Below the pieces are notes generated by a model that made no database searches, was not told where the DNA came from, and saw nothing but the letters and a program-made list of their open reading frames with translations. 64,000 bases of DNA from Candidatus Ozemobacteraceae bacterium (GTDB lineage: Bacteria > Muiribacteriota > Ozemobacteria > Ozemobacterales > Ozemobacteraceae): the NCBI GenBank assembly GCA_965140445.1, contig OZ223236.1:3264001-3328000 (forward strand), written 5' to 3'. A program made the position numbers and the translations under genes. Positions 12,227 to 20,182 of the stretch are shown here, in pieces (positions within the stretch are counted from its first letter, which is position 1; each line of letters opens with the position of its first letter).

Positions 12227-13093
12227 TTAAAAGAATTTCTTTCTTGCTTTTAGAGTGTTTTGAAGCAGCATAGCTATGGTCATTGGTCCAAGTCCACCAG
12301 GAACCGGAGTGATCATGGATGCGCGTTTTTCAGCCTTGTCAAATTCAACGTCACCAACCAGTCGGTAACCTCTTGGATTTGTATCATCATCAACGGTGTT
12401 AGTGCCTACGTCCAATATCACAGTTCCTTCAGTAAACCATTCGCCTTTAATCAGTTCAGGCTTTCCGATGGCAGCGATAACTATGTCAGCAGCGGCGACT
12501 TCCTTATCCAGATTTTTTGTTCTGGAATGGGCCAGCGTTACTGTTGCGTTTGCCTTGGTCAGCAGAGTCGCCATGGGCTTGCCAACAACGTTACTACGAC
12601 CAATCACGAGGGCCTTTTTCCCTTCAAGAGGGATGTTATGTCGATTAATCATTTCCATGACTCCAAGAGGTGTGCATGGAACAAAGGTGTCAACGTTAAG
12701 GTTGAGGTTTCCGATGTTGAGCGGGTGGAAACCATCCACATCTTTGCGTGGGTCTATTGCATTAATGGCTTCCATTTCGTCCATGTGCTTCGGCAGAGGA
12801 AGCTGAACCAGAATGCCATGAACCTTTGGATTGTTGTTGAGTTCACGAATTACCCCAAGAAGCTCAAGCTGTGTTGTGCTTTCCGGGACTTTAACTTCGA
12901 GAGAATAGATTCCTGCTTTTTCACAGGCTTTCTTTTTGGCCGCAACATAAACTTTTGAAGGACCATCATCGCCAACCAATACCACTGCGAGTCCAGGTGG
13001 GTGTCCACCTTCTTCAACAAGGATTTTCACTTCTTCGGCAATTTCATCTCTAATTTTTAACGACAGAGCTTTTCCATCTAATATCGTAGCCAA
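12227..13093 (-). CDS. folD: Bifunctional methylenetetrahydrofolate dehydrogenase/cyclohydrolase
   Basis: GILVQLPLP, KDVDGFHP, PCTPLG, GRSNVVGKP, TPVPGGLGPMT. Confidence 0.97.
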   Translation of the reverse strand: MATILDGKALSLKIRDEIAEEVKILVEEGGHPPGLAVVLVGDDGPSKVYVAAKKKACEKAGIYSLEVKVPESTTQLELLGVIRELNNNPKVHGILVQLPLPKHMDEMEAINAIDPRKDVDGFHPLNIGNLNLNVDTFVPCTPLGVMEMINRHNIPLEGKKALVIGRSNVVGKPMATLLTKANATVTLAHSRTKNLDKEVAAADIVIAAIGKPELIKGEWFTEGTVILDVGTNTVDDDTNPRGYRLVGDVEFDKAEKRASMITPVPGGLGPMTIAMLLQNTLKARKKFF

Positions 13094-13125
13094 TTTTATC
13101 TCCTGTTACATTCCTATTTAGGGCG

Positions 13126-13155
13126 AGTATAACGCTAGAAAACTGGTTGTGGCAA
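13126..13155 (-). promoter_or_regulatory. Putative sigma70-type promoter for the folD-gcv cluster
   Basis: Minus strand TTGCCA-18 nt-TATACT, ending ~33 nt upstream of the folD start. Confidence 0.5.
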
Positions 13156-13160
13156 CCTTT

Positions 13161-14390
13161 TTAAAGAAGCTTTTTAACGTGTGATGAAATGGTTTCCAGA
13201 TCAGGTGCTACAGGGGCTGGAAGCTCACAAACCGAAATTGCAGAATCAATATCTTTCAGGCCATTACCGGTTATCAGCACAACAACTTTTTCTTCTTTGC
13301 CAATTTTTCCCTGTTCTGCTAATTTTTTGAATCCGGCATAAGCAGTTACGCCAGCAGGTTCACCAAACACACCAGAAACCCGTGGAAGTTCAACAAGCGC
13401 TTCACGAATCTGATCGTCAGAAACAGAAATACATGAACCATTGCTTTCTTTGAGTGCGCGCATGGCTTTAAGGCGGTTGCGTGGGATTCCAACGGCGATA
13501 GAATCGGCAATAGTATTACCATCCTGAGGAATAAATTTGCCAGTGTTCATTGCTACTTCAACAGGGTTACAACCTTCGGCCTGCACAGCAATGATTTCCG
13601 GGATTTTATCTGTTAAACCAAGCATTTTAAGGTCATAAAAGCCTTTATAGATGCCTGAAGTTATACAACCATCACCAATAGAAACAATTACTTTATCAGG
13701 AACCGTGAAATCATTTTGCTCCCACATTTCGTAGGCAACAGTCTTTTTGCCTTCGACAAGATATGGGTTGTAAGCACAGTTGCGGTTGTAAATTCCAAAT
13801 TTATTGGAAACATCTATCGAAAGTTCGAAAGCGCGATCGTAGGTATCATCTACAATGACAGTTTTCGCGCCATACACAAGAAGTTGAGCAACTTTAGCTT
13901 TTGGAGCTCTTTTTGGAACAAAAATTACGGTTTTGATTCCGGCAGATGCAGCCATCCCAGCAAGAGAACTGGCAGCATTACCAGTAGAAGCGGCACAAAT
14001 TGTATCAATGCCATTTTCAAGGGCTTTAGCTACGCCAACCGCAGAAGCGCGATCTTTTAGAGAGGCAGTAGGGTTCCTTCCATCATCTTTAATGAAAATA
14101 TTGTTAAGTCCAAACTTTTTCTGGATGAGTTCAGGTTTATATAGTGGAGTCCAGCCAGTATGAAGTGGTGGAACCGGGCAATCAGCCTTAACTGGGAGGA
14201 GCTTTTTGTATCTCCAGAGTGAATAGTCTTTATTATTTTTCAGTTCTTCAACAGAAAAGTCAGTTGAATCATAATCATAAATAATGTCGAGAATACCTTC
14301 AATACCGCAAACGTCGCAAACATATCGGTCAAAAGCTTCAGGAAATTCTTTGCCACATTTCAGGCATTTCATTGTCTTAATCTTCATCAT
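13161..14390 (-). CDS. thrC: Threonine synthase (fold-type II PLP enzyme) with N-terminal Zn ribbon
   Basis: CLKC...CDVC, GWTPL, NPTASLKDR (PLP lysine), ASTGNA, EGKKT, ITGNGLKD. Confidence 0.8.
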   Translation of the reverse strand: MMKIKTMKCLKCGKEFPEAFDRYVCDVCGIEGILDIIYDYDSTDFSVEELKNNKDYSLWRYKKLLPVKADCPVPPLHTGWTPLYKPELIQKKFGLNNIFIKDDGRNPTASLKDRASAVGVAKALENGIDTICAASTGNAASSLAGMAASAGIKTVIFVPKRAPKAKVAQLLVYGAKTVIVDDTYDRAFELSIDVSNKFGIYNRNCAYNPYLVEGKKTVAYEMWEQNDFTVPDKVIVSIGDGCITSGIYKGFYDLKMLGLTDKIPEIIAVQAEGCNPVEVAMNTGKFIPQDGNTIADSIAVGIPRNRLKAMRALKESNGSCISVSDDQIREALVELPRVSGVFGEPAGVTAYAGFKKLAEQGKIGKEEKVVVLITGNGLKDIDSAISVCELPAPVAPDLETISSHVKKLL

Positions 14391-14497
14391 TCATCTCCAG
14401 AATTTTTATAATAATTTTCCATGGAGATTATAACGCTACTGACTAAAGAAGTATAGAAATTTAGCCTTTTTCAGGCCGAAATTTTGCAAGTCTTGAG

Positions 14498-14575
14498 TTA
14501 ATGCGCCTGCCAGTTTTTCAGGGCGTCGATGGGGCTGATTAACATAATAATATTTATGACCAGGCTGTCTTTGAT
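14498..14575 (-). repeat. Displaced copy 1 of the DUF2585 gene 3' end (78 bp)
   Basis: Matches 16630-16707 with 3 substitutions, all synonymous; encodes IKDSLVINIIMLISPIDALKNWQAH-stop. Confidence 0.95.
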
Positions 14576-14600
14576 TTATAAAAAGAGTATCGCCTAAAAT

Positions 14601-14819
14601 TCAGGCTACTTTGTAAATTGCCGGTCTATATCTAGGCTCGGGGATGGTTTTATTCTGGTCTTTTGCTGTCTGAATCCAAGCCTCTTTAGCTTTTAAAACT
14701 TCAGTTAAAGCCTCTGAAGGTGTAGCACCAAATGCAGAGCAGTGATTTAAATCAGGAATATCTGCTATATAACCCTCATCTTCTTCGCTATAAAAAAGGT
14801 TTATATGGTAATCTTTCAT
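14601..14819 (-). CDS. hicB: HicB-family antitoxin (short form)
   Basis: YSEEDEGYIADIPDLNHCSAFGATPSEALTE...AW...IPEP. Confidence 0.9.
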   Translation of the reverse strand: MKDYHINLFYSEEDEGYIADIPDLNHCSAFGATPSEALTEVLKAKEAWIQTAKDQNKTIPEPRYRPAIYKVA

Positions 14820-14820
14820 T

Positions 14821-14880
14821 TTAATTCTCCATTTGAAGGTTATACTTTTCGATAAGAGCGATAATTTGCTTAACCTGATA
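14821..14880 (-). pseudogene. hicA: C-terminal remnant of a HicA-family toxin
   Basis: Reads YQVKQIIALIEKYNLQMEN-stop directly before hicB, resembling the typical HicA C-terminus (PYQVKQ...). Upstream the frame meets a stop within 8 codons, with no ATG. Confidence 0.7.
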
Positions 14881-14949
14881 AATTAAGCAATTTCTGTTTT
14901 TTTACCATTTAACTATTTTATCATTCGCTATGGTAAATTTCAAAATTAG

Positions 14950-15154
14950 TTAATTGGCCTGCCAGTTTTTCAGGGCATTGATGGGCTGATTAACATAATA
15001 ATATTTAATATCAGGCTGTCTTTGATCCACAGAATCAGGAAGATCTCCACCGCTATAAAAAACATAATGGATTTCTTAATACCAAGCTTAGAACTGAGTA
15101 AAAATCCTATTGAACACATACAAACATCGCTGATGGAATTAAGTATGGTGTCCC
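14950..15154 (-). pseudogene. Displaced copy 2 of the DUF2585 gene 3' end (~205 bp, 1-nt deletion)
   Basis: Aligns to 16630-16835. By my count: 11 synonymous codon changes, 6 mostly conservative changes and one deleted G (ATGGGCTG vs ATGGGGCTG). Confidence 0.95.
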
Positions 15155-15415
15155 ACGAATAAGCATATTAAGTTAGCAAGGATGATTTTTAAGAAGGATG
15201 GTCGCATGAAACTTTGAAAATTGAGACTTTGCTATACATGCCCTAAATTTGCGAGGTCTTAAAAAGGTTCTTGCATTCTGTTCAAAAACATGTGGCGTTC
15301 ATAAAAAATGAACTAAGCGAAAAAATGAACAAAATTTTTGGTGTTCGTCAAAAGAATGAATGAAAATCGGTTTTTTCTACAGGTCATAGGTTGCTGAAGG
15401 TGCATAATCAAACTG

Positions 15416-15457
15416 TTGTATACATTTACTATACAATCGTTGAGAAATAGTATACAA
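15416..15457. promoter_or_regulatory. Inverted repeat, putative autoregulatory operator of the HTH-MNT/HEPN pair
   Basis: TTGTATAC(ATTT)...(AAATA)GTATACAA ends 7 nt before the ATG at 15465; an extra TATACAA half-site lies between the arms. Confidence 0.55.
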
Positions 15458-15464
15458 TTTAACT

Positions 15465-16049
15465 ATGAATATATTGGCAGAATTATTTTCATCAAGGACC
15501 AGGGCTGAGCTTTTCCGTATTTTTTTCGGGTTGAATTCTGGCGAATTTCATCTAAGAGAGATAGAGCGCCAGAGTAATGTAACCATTGGTGCGGTTAGAA
15601 CTGAAGCCGAGAATCTATCGAAATTGGAACTTCTCGTTAAAAGGGTAGACGGTAATAGAAATTATTATCGAGCGAATACCAACCATCCACTTTATAAAAT
15701 TCTAAGGGAGCTTGTAATAAAAACAGCTGGGGCAGGGGACATTCTGAAAATTGCTTTTGCTGAAAGTGAAGTTGATTATGCTTTCATTTTTGGTTCAACT
15801 GTTAGCGGAATACAAAAATCTGAAAGCGATGTCGATCTTTTTGTCATAGGTGACATTAGCTTGCGGGAAATTAGTAAAATCCTTAAAGTTCCAGTTGCCA
15901 AAATTGGTCGGGAAATAAACCCTCATGTAATGACGCTGGAAGAATTTACGATACGTATGAAAGAAAAAGAGCATTTTGTAACAAGCGTTTTGGCTGCACC
16001 AATACTTATGATCATGGGAAACGAAGATGAACTTAGAAGTTTGGGCTAA
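15465..16049 (+). CDS. Winged-HTH + minimal nucleotidyltransferase (MNT) antitoxin-like protein
   Basis: N-terminal wHTH (FHLREIERQS...), then FIFGSTVSG...ESDVDLFVIG (GS-x10-DxD) and IGREIN. Confidence 0.85.
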   Translation: MNILAELFSSRTRAELFRIFFGLNSGEFHLREIERQSNVTIGAVRTEAENLSKLELLVKRVDGNRNYYRANTNHPLYKILRELVIKTAGAGDILKIAFAESEVDYAFIFGSTVSGIQKSESDVDLFVIGDISLREISKILKVPVAKIGREINPHVMTLEEFTIRMKEKEHFVTSVLAAPILMIMGNEDELRSLG

Positions 16050-16464
16050 AAACGGCTGGTTGAAGCCGCATAAAACAAGTGAGCAGGAAATTCAGAATCT
16101 GTTAGCTATAGTAGATAGAGATCTGGAAGATGCCAGACAAAGCAACCTTTCTTCTGACTGGAGATTTGGTATCGCTTACAATGCTGCATTGAAGCTTTGC
16201 ACAGTTTTGCTTTATTTCTCAGGATATCGACCAGATAGGTCTTTGGCACACTATCGAACTTTGCAAGCTCTCCCACTGATTCTAGGAGATAGATGGCAAG
16301 ACGATGCAAACTATCTCGATACATGTAGAATCAAAAGAAATACCGTTGAATACGATTATGTCGGCGGTGCCACAGATAAAGATGCTAATGAGTTAATAGA
16401 GTTTGTGGAAGATTTGAAGGCTGAAGTTTTAAAATGGCTTGAGAAAAAAGATTTCAGGTTTTGA
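16027..16464 (+). CDS. HEPN-domain protein (putative toxin, MNT partner)
   Basis: Overlaps the MNT gene; helical DLEDA...AYNAAL...GYRP...HY and RIKRNTVEY, matching the HEPN R-N-x3-Y variant. Confidence 0.75.
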   Translation: MNLEVWAKNGWLKPHKTSEQEIQNLLAIVDRDLEDARQSNLSSDWRFGIAYNAALKLCTVLLYFSGYRPDRSLAHYRTLQALPLILGDRWQDDANYLDTCRIKRNTVEYDYVGGATDKDANELIEFVEDLKAEVLKWLEKKDFRF

Positions 16465-16629
16465 ACCATGCCCCCGCAATATTTTGGGTATAAGAGTGGG
16501 TATCGAAGCAGGCATAATAAATCACTATTCTTTGACAACTGTTATTTTTGAAGAAGTGAGAATCCCTCATCTGGATACCAAATCGTAAAAAGCAAGCCTA
16601 AAGGTCCCGAATAGCATCCCCTTTATAAG

Positions 16630-17196
16630 TTAATGCGCCTGCCAGTTTTTCAGGGCATCGATGGGGCTGATTAGCATAATAATATTTATGACCAGACTGT
16701 CTTTGATCCACAGAATCAGGAAGATCTCCACCGCAATAAAGAACATAATGGATTTCTTAACGCCAAGTTTTGAGCTGAGTAAAAACCCCATTGAGCACAT
16801 ACAAACATCGCTGATGGAATTAAGTATGGTGTCCCCAGTATACCCAAGTGCAATGGTAGCTTCGCGATACCTGTCAATTACCCAGGGTGAATTCTCAATA
16901 ATTTCCCAGATCCCTTCAGCGCACACCGCTGCAAGAAACATCCCATAAAAACTAAGCTTATTCTTTAATCGAGATGAAATAAAACCCAAAATCAAACAAA
17001 ACATAACCCCATGTAAAACATGAGTAAAACTATAAGGATCAGCAAGCTGCTGGGAATTCTCCGCACTATTAATATCTGTTACCCATAACAAAACTTTACC
17101 CGATTTGGAAATAAAAGAGCGGCCCTCGAAGTGTAGAGTTAGGATCATTGCAATGATTGCTATTGCTGCAAACATTAAAAATCTTTTTTTTGTCAT
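16630..17196 (-). CDS. DUF2585 (UPF0314) family membrane protein
   Basis: ENSQQLADPYSFTHVLHG, WEIIENSPWVIDRYR, GYTGDTILNS, IKDSL, KNWQ. Confidence 0.85.
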   Translation of the reverse strand: MTKKRFLMFAAIAIIAMILTLHFEGRSFISKSGKVLLWVTDINSAENSQQLADPYSFTHVLHGVMFCLILGFISSRLKNKLSFYGMFLAAVCAEGIWEIIENSPWVIDRYREATIALGYTGDTILNSISDVCMCSMGFLLSSKLGVKKSIMFFIAVEIFLILWIKDSLVINIIMLISPIDALKNWQAH

Positions 17197-17220
17197 GAAC
17201 TGCCAACTCCGCTAAGTGTG

Positions 17221-17238
17221 AATGTAGGAACCTACATT
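17221..17238. promoter_or_regulatory. Palindrome with perfect 8-bp arms upstream of the DUF2585 gene
   Basis: AATGTAGG-AA-CCTACATT, 25 nt upstream of the start at 17196. Confidence 0.4.
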
Positions 17239-17306
17239 TATTTGGGTGTTTTTGTAAAGAAAAACGAAAAGCTTAAGTTGCTTCTAGGTCTTTTAAGCAA
17301 AGATAA

Positions 17307-18818
17307 TCATCGCACCAAACGAACTACCAGGTCGCAATCTGATGTGTTGGCCGAGATTTTGCCGTTGTCATCTTTGAGATCTGGGCCAATGCTGTACAGG
17401 GTTATGGTTTCTGTGCTTAGGATGTAACGAAAAGGCTTTTCGGAAAAGGAATCAATGAGCATCTTTGGGTCGGGGACTTCAATTTTTTCAAGGGTCTGAG
17501 GTGTATTTTGGGTTTCCAATTGTTGAAGTCGAACAAATGCTGCAAGGCGCAGGAGTCTTGCTCTTTCCGATATTGCAAGAGCTTCTAGCGCAATGGTAGT
17601 GTGGTTTGGCCTACTAAGTGCCAGGAGTATTCCAATAACATAGTCCGAGATCATGGCTGATTTTTGGGTTGATAAAGTAAGAAATTTTATTTTAAGGAAA
17701 TCGAACATTAGTTGATTCCAGGAAGGAAGCAGATTTTCGTTTTGACCATTAGAATAGAATTCTTTGATTTTTCTTATTCTTTCCGGGATATTTTCCAGAC
17801 GTAAGGCTGCCCGATACCTATCAGCTTCTTGATTTGTACGAATACAGAGACGATTCAAGTCTAGATAAACTGCTGGATTGAACTCATCAGAAGCTGCCGT
17901 AGCATTTTTCTGCCAAAAACTGCCATTAGGCTGCATATCTTCGAGTATTAGCGAAAGTGGATTAAATCGATATTCGTGCTCCATGGAAAAATTGCATCTC
18001 GAAAGATCTTCGAAAAACTTTAGCTTTTTGCTAATCTGACTAATAACTGGAGCTGAAATATCTTTTTGGTTGAGCAACACCGCAGTTGCCTCAAGAGAAT
18101 CGCTAACTCCTAATAAACCAAACAAAGTAAATAGTGTTAAATTGCTCTGAATTATAGAATAACCAGCTCTTCCAGAAACCCAGATATCTTCCCAGGTTTT
18201 TTCATAATCGGCTTTTGCCAGATTGTTCATAGCCCTTGCCAGCAATAACCGTATTGGTTGATTAGGCTTAAGCTCTCTTGGTGGGCAGGCAGCCCACATT
18301 TTTTCATTTTTTAGATAGGGCCAGAAGCATCCTTTCTTTTTACCCATATCAGCCATTAATAAAAAGGTCTTCTGGTTTGACGCTATTAAAGAAACAAGTT
18401 CAGGGCATTCTTCTTCCAACCAGGGTTTCAGATAAAAATCATTTCTATTTCGTGACAGTTCAAAACCCATGAATCCCTTTCTTTCTATGAAAGTTGTTGG
18501 ATTAAACAATACTGCAGAAGAAGCAAAATCAATGCCCATATGAAGCTTTTGGACAAATTCGTTTTGCTTTGCTATATCAGAAGAAATAATCTGAATTCCC
18601 TTTATTTTAAGAAGCTCAACGGCTGCATTATGCTCAGGTTTAAGAAACAGATTATGATTAAGTGTTTCTGCTAAATCTATTGTATTTTTTGTTCTTATAA
18701 GCTTAGTGAAATAAGTGGTTTCCCTTGATATCTTTAATGGAGGGGGCGGTACGAACCTTATGAAAAAATACCAATAGGGAACTGACAAAAGAATAATTAA
18801 GCCAAAAATCTTTTTCAC
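17307..18818 (-). CDS. Hypothetical membrane-anchored helical protein
   Basis: 503-aa ORF; N-terminal TM then ISRETTYFT; C-terminal LYSIGPDLKDDNG resembles a pseudopilin-G-type tail. Confidence 0.6.
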   Translation of the reverse strand: MKKIFGLIILLSVPYWYFFIRFVPPPPLKISRETTYFTKLIRTKNTIDLAETLNHNLFLKPEHNAAVELLKIKGIQIISSDIAKQNEFVQKLHMGIDFASSAVLFNPTTFIERKGFMGFELSRNRNDFYLKPWLEEECPELVSLIASNQKTFLLMADMGKKKGCFWPYLKNEKMWAACPPRELKPNQPIRLLLARAMNNLAKADYEKTWEDIWVSGRAGYSIIQSNLTLFTLFGLLGVSDSLEATAVLLNQKDISAPVISQISKKLKFFEDLSRCNFSMEHEYRFNPLSLILEDMQPNGSFWQKNATAASDEFNPAVYLDLNRLCIRTNQEADRYRAALRLENIPERIRKIKEFYSNGQNENLLPSWNQLMFDFLKIKFLTLSTQKSAMISDYVIGILLALSRPNHTTIALEALAISERARLLRLAAFVRLQQLETQNTPQTLEKIEVPDPKMLIDSFSEKPFRYILSTETITLYSIGPDLKDDNGKISANTSDCDLVVRLVR

Positions 18819-19122
18819 AATTTCTCCAAAACAACCAATCTTAAAAAGAACATAATAGCATGAAACTTGTTCTTACAGGTGCTTATTTGCATCAATCTAA
18901 CCCAACAAAAAGAAGCCTTCATTGCCATTTTTTTGCAATACATTTGATTTCTTTTCATAAATTACAAATATCTCATACTGCGATATTCAATTTGCTACAT
19001 ATGAATTAAGATCAATTATCATAAAGCATAATAGTATGAAATAAGAGGTTTTGAACCAACATAACAAAAAAATATGGGTATAACGGTTCTAGTTACATTT
19101 ATCAATCTCTAAACATCAAAAA

Positions 19123-19938
19123 TCAATACCTAAATCCCCTGCTGATAGGCAAAATGGTGGTTTTGCTTTCGGAGATGAATTCGTGGGGGAATGAGCGTTT
19201 CAGGGTTGTAGAATAGAGCTTTACTCCGCCGAATTGGGTGTAGATTAAGAGGGAAACGCTTACTTCGTTTGGGTAGAAGGTTACCCAGGCGGGGATGCGA
19301 GACAAAATCATGGTGTCGTTATAGTTGCTGTGCCAGTGTAAATAGAATTGTGCGCCGATAAGGTTCAGAACAGCTAACTGGATAAAGGCTTCTCTACTGC
19401 CATCCGTCTCGATGTGCTTAAGGTAGGCATTGCATTCATTCTTTCTTATTCTACTTTTTAATTCTCCATACATTTCATACAAATCTAGAAGAATTACGGC
19501 CCTTTCTGAATTTTCTTTTCGGCAGTAGAGGTATGGGCGCCCGTCAAGACTGGTGAGATCATAGACGTAATCTAATTCGTAACCGTTTTGTAATTTAAGT
19601 CGGTCTAGAAATTTCAAATATTTGTTTACGTTAAAGTCCATGGGTAAACGATTTATTAAATCTCGTCGGACGCTAACAGGTTTTGAATCTTCATCAAACA
19701 AATCAAATCTAAGGGAATCCAAATCTTTAGCCAACCCCCTGTCAGTGAGGAAATAACCTCTTTCTGGTTGGATTCGCCTGATTTTGGCTATTCGCCAATG
19801 AATGTCGGGTGGGAAAAACAAATAAAGGAATAACAAAAAAAGCAAACAGCCCAAAATTACCTTCGTCATAGGTTTTTGAAAGATGTTTACAACGAAATCC
19901 TTAATTGCTTCAAATTTTCTAATAGCGCGGTTATTCAT
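19123..19938 (-). CDS. Hypothetical protein with N-terminal TM helix
   Basis: 271-aa ORF, one hydrophobic segment, aromatic motif QFYLHWHSNYND; no family recognised. Confidence 0.6.
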   Translation of the reverse strand: MNNRAIRKFEAIKDFVVNIFQKPMTKVILGCLLFLLFLYLFFPPDIHWRIAKIRRIQPERGYFLTDRGLAKDLDSLRFDLFDEDSKPVSVRRDLINRLPMDFNVNKYLKFLDRLKLQNGYELDYVYDLTSLDGRPYLYCRKENSERAVILLDLYEMYGELKSRIRKNECNAYLKHIETDGSREAFIQLAVLNLIGAQFYLHWHSNYNDTMILSRIPAWVTFYPNEVSVSLLIYTQFGGVKLYSTTLKRSFPHEFISESKTTILPISRGFRY

Positions 19939-20099
19939 ATCTTTGGCCAGTTTCCTGTTTATTTTCTTGAAAGAGAATCTTCTTATTAATCTTACGAAAT
20001 TGTTCTGTGAATAGTAATTGAAAATTCATGTATGAATATTTTTTATAATTTCTTTAAACAAGTTTTCCACTTTTAATTCTATTTTCCAGTATTAAGCAA

Positions 20100-20135
20100 A
20101 AGCCCAGGCCACTTATTAATAAATAGCCTGGGCTT
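20100..20135 (-). terminator. Intrinsic terminator after the large VWA gene
   Basis: AAGCCCAGGC...GCCTGGGCTT stem followed by a T-run on the minus strand, ~48 nt past the stop at 20183. Confidence 0.75.
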
Positions 20136-20182
20136 CGTAATTCAATACCAGTTAGTAGCGAATTTTACAGACAAAGAGTCTT

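Noticed and set aside
12260..12958. 232-aa plus-strand ORF, and similar antisense ORFs such as 20736-21281 and 32334-32966
   Set aside because: They lie antisense to well-supported genes and carry no recognisable motifs; treated as shadow ORFs.
13094..13160. Glycine or THF riboswitch ahead of the gcv/folate cluster
   Set aside because: The leader is only ~67 nt and mostly taken up by a promoter-like element; no aptamer pattern was seen here or in the other short intergenic gaps.
14498..16835. Diversity-generating retroelement (TR/VR pair at a gene 3' end)
   Set aside because: Mismatches are not adenine-specific, are mostly synonymous third-position changes, and no reverse transcriptase is in the window.
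14498..16835. CRISPR array or integron cassette array
   Set aside because: The repeats are unequal-length coding fragments, not short palindromic repeats or attC sites; no cas or intI gene is present.
18819..19122. 300-bp AT-rich intergenic region as a possible ncRNA
   Set aside because: No stable stem-loops, repeats or recognisable RNA family features were seen.
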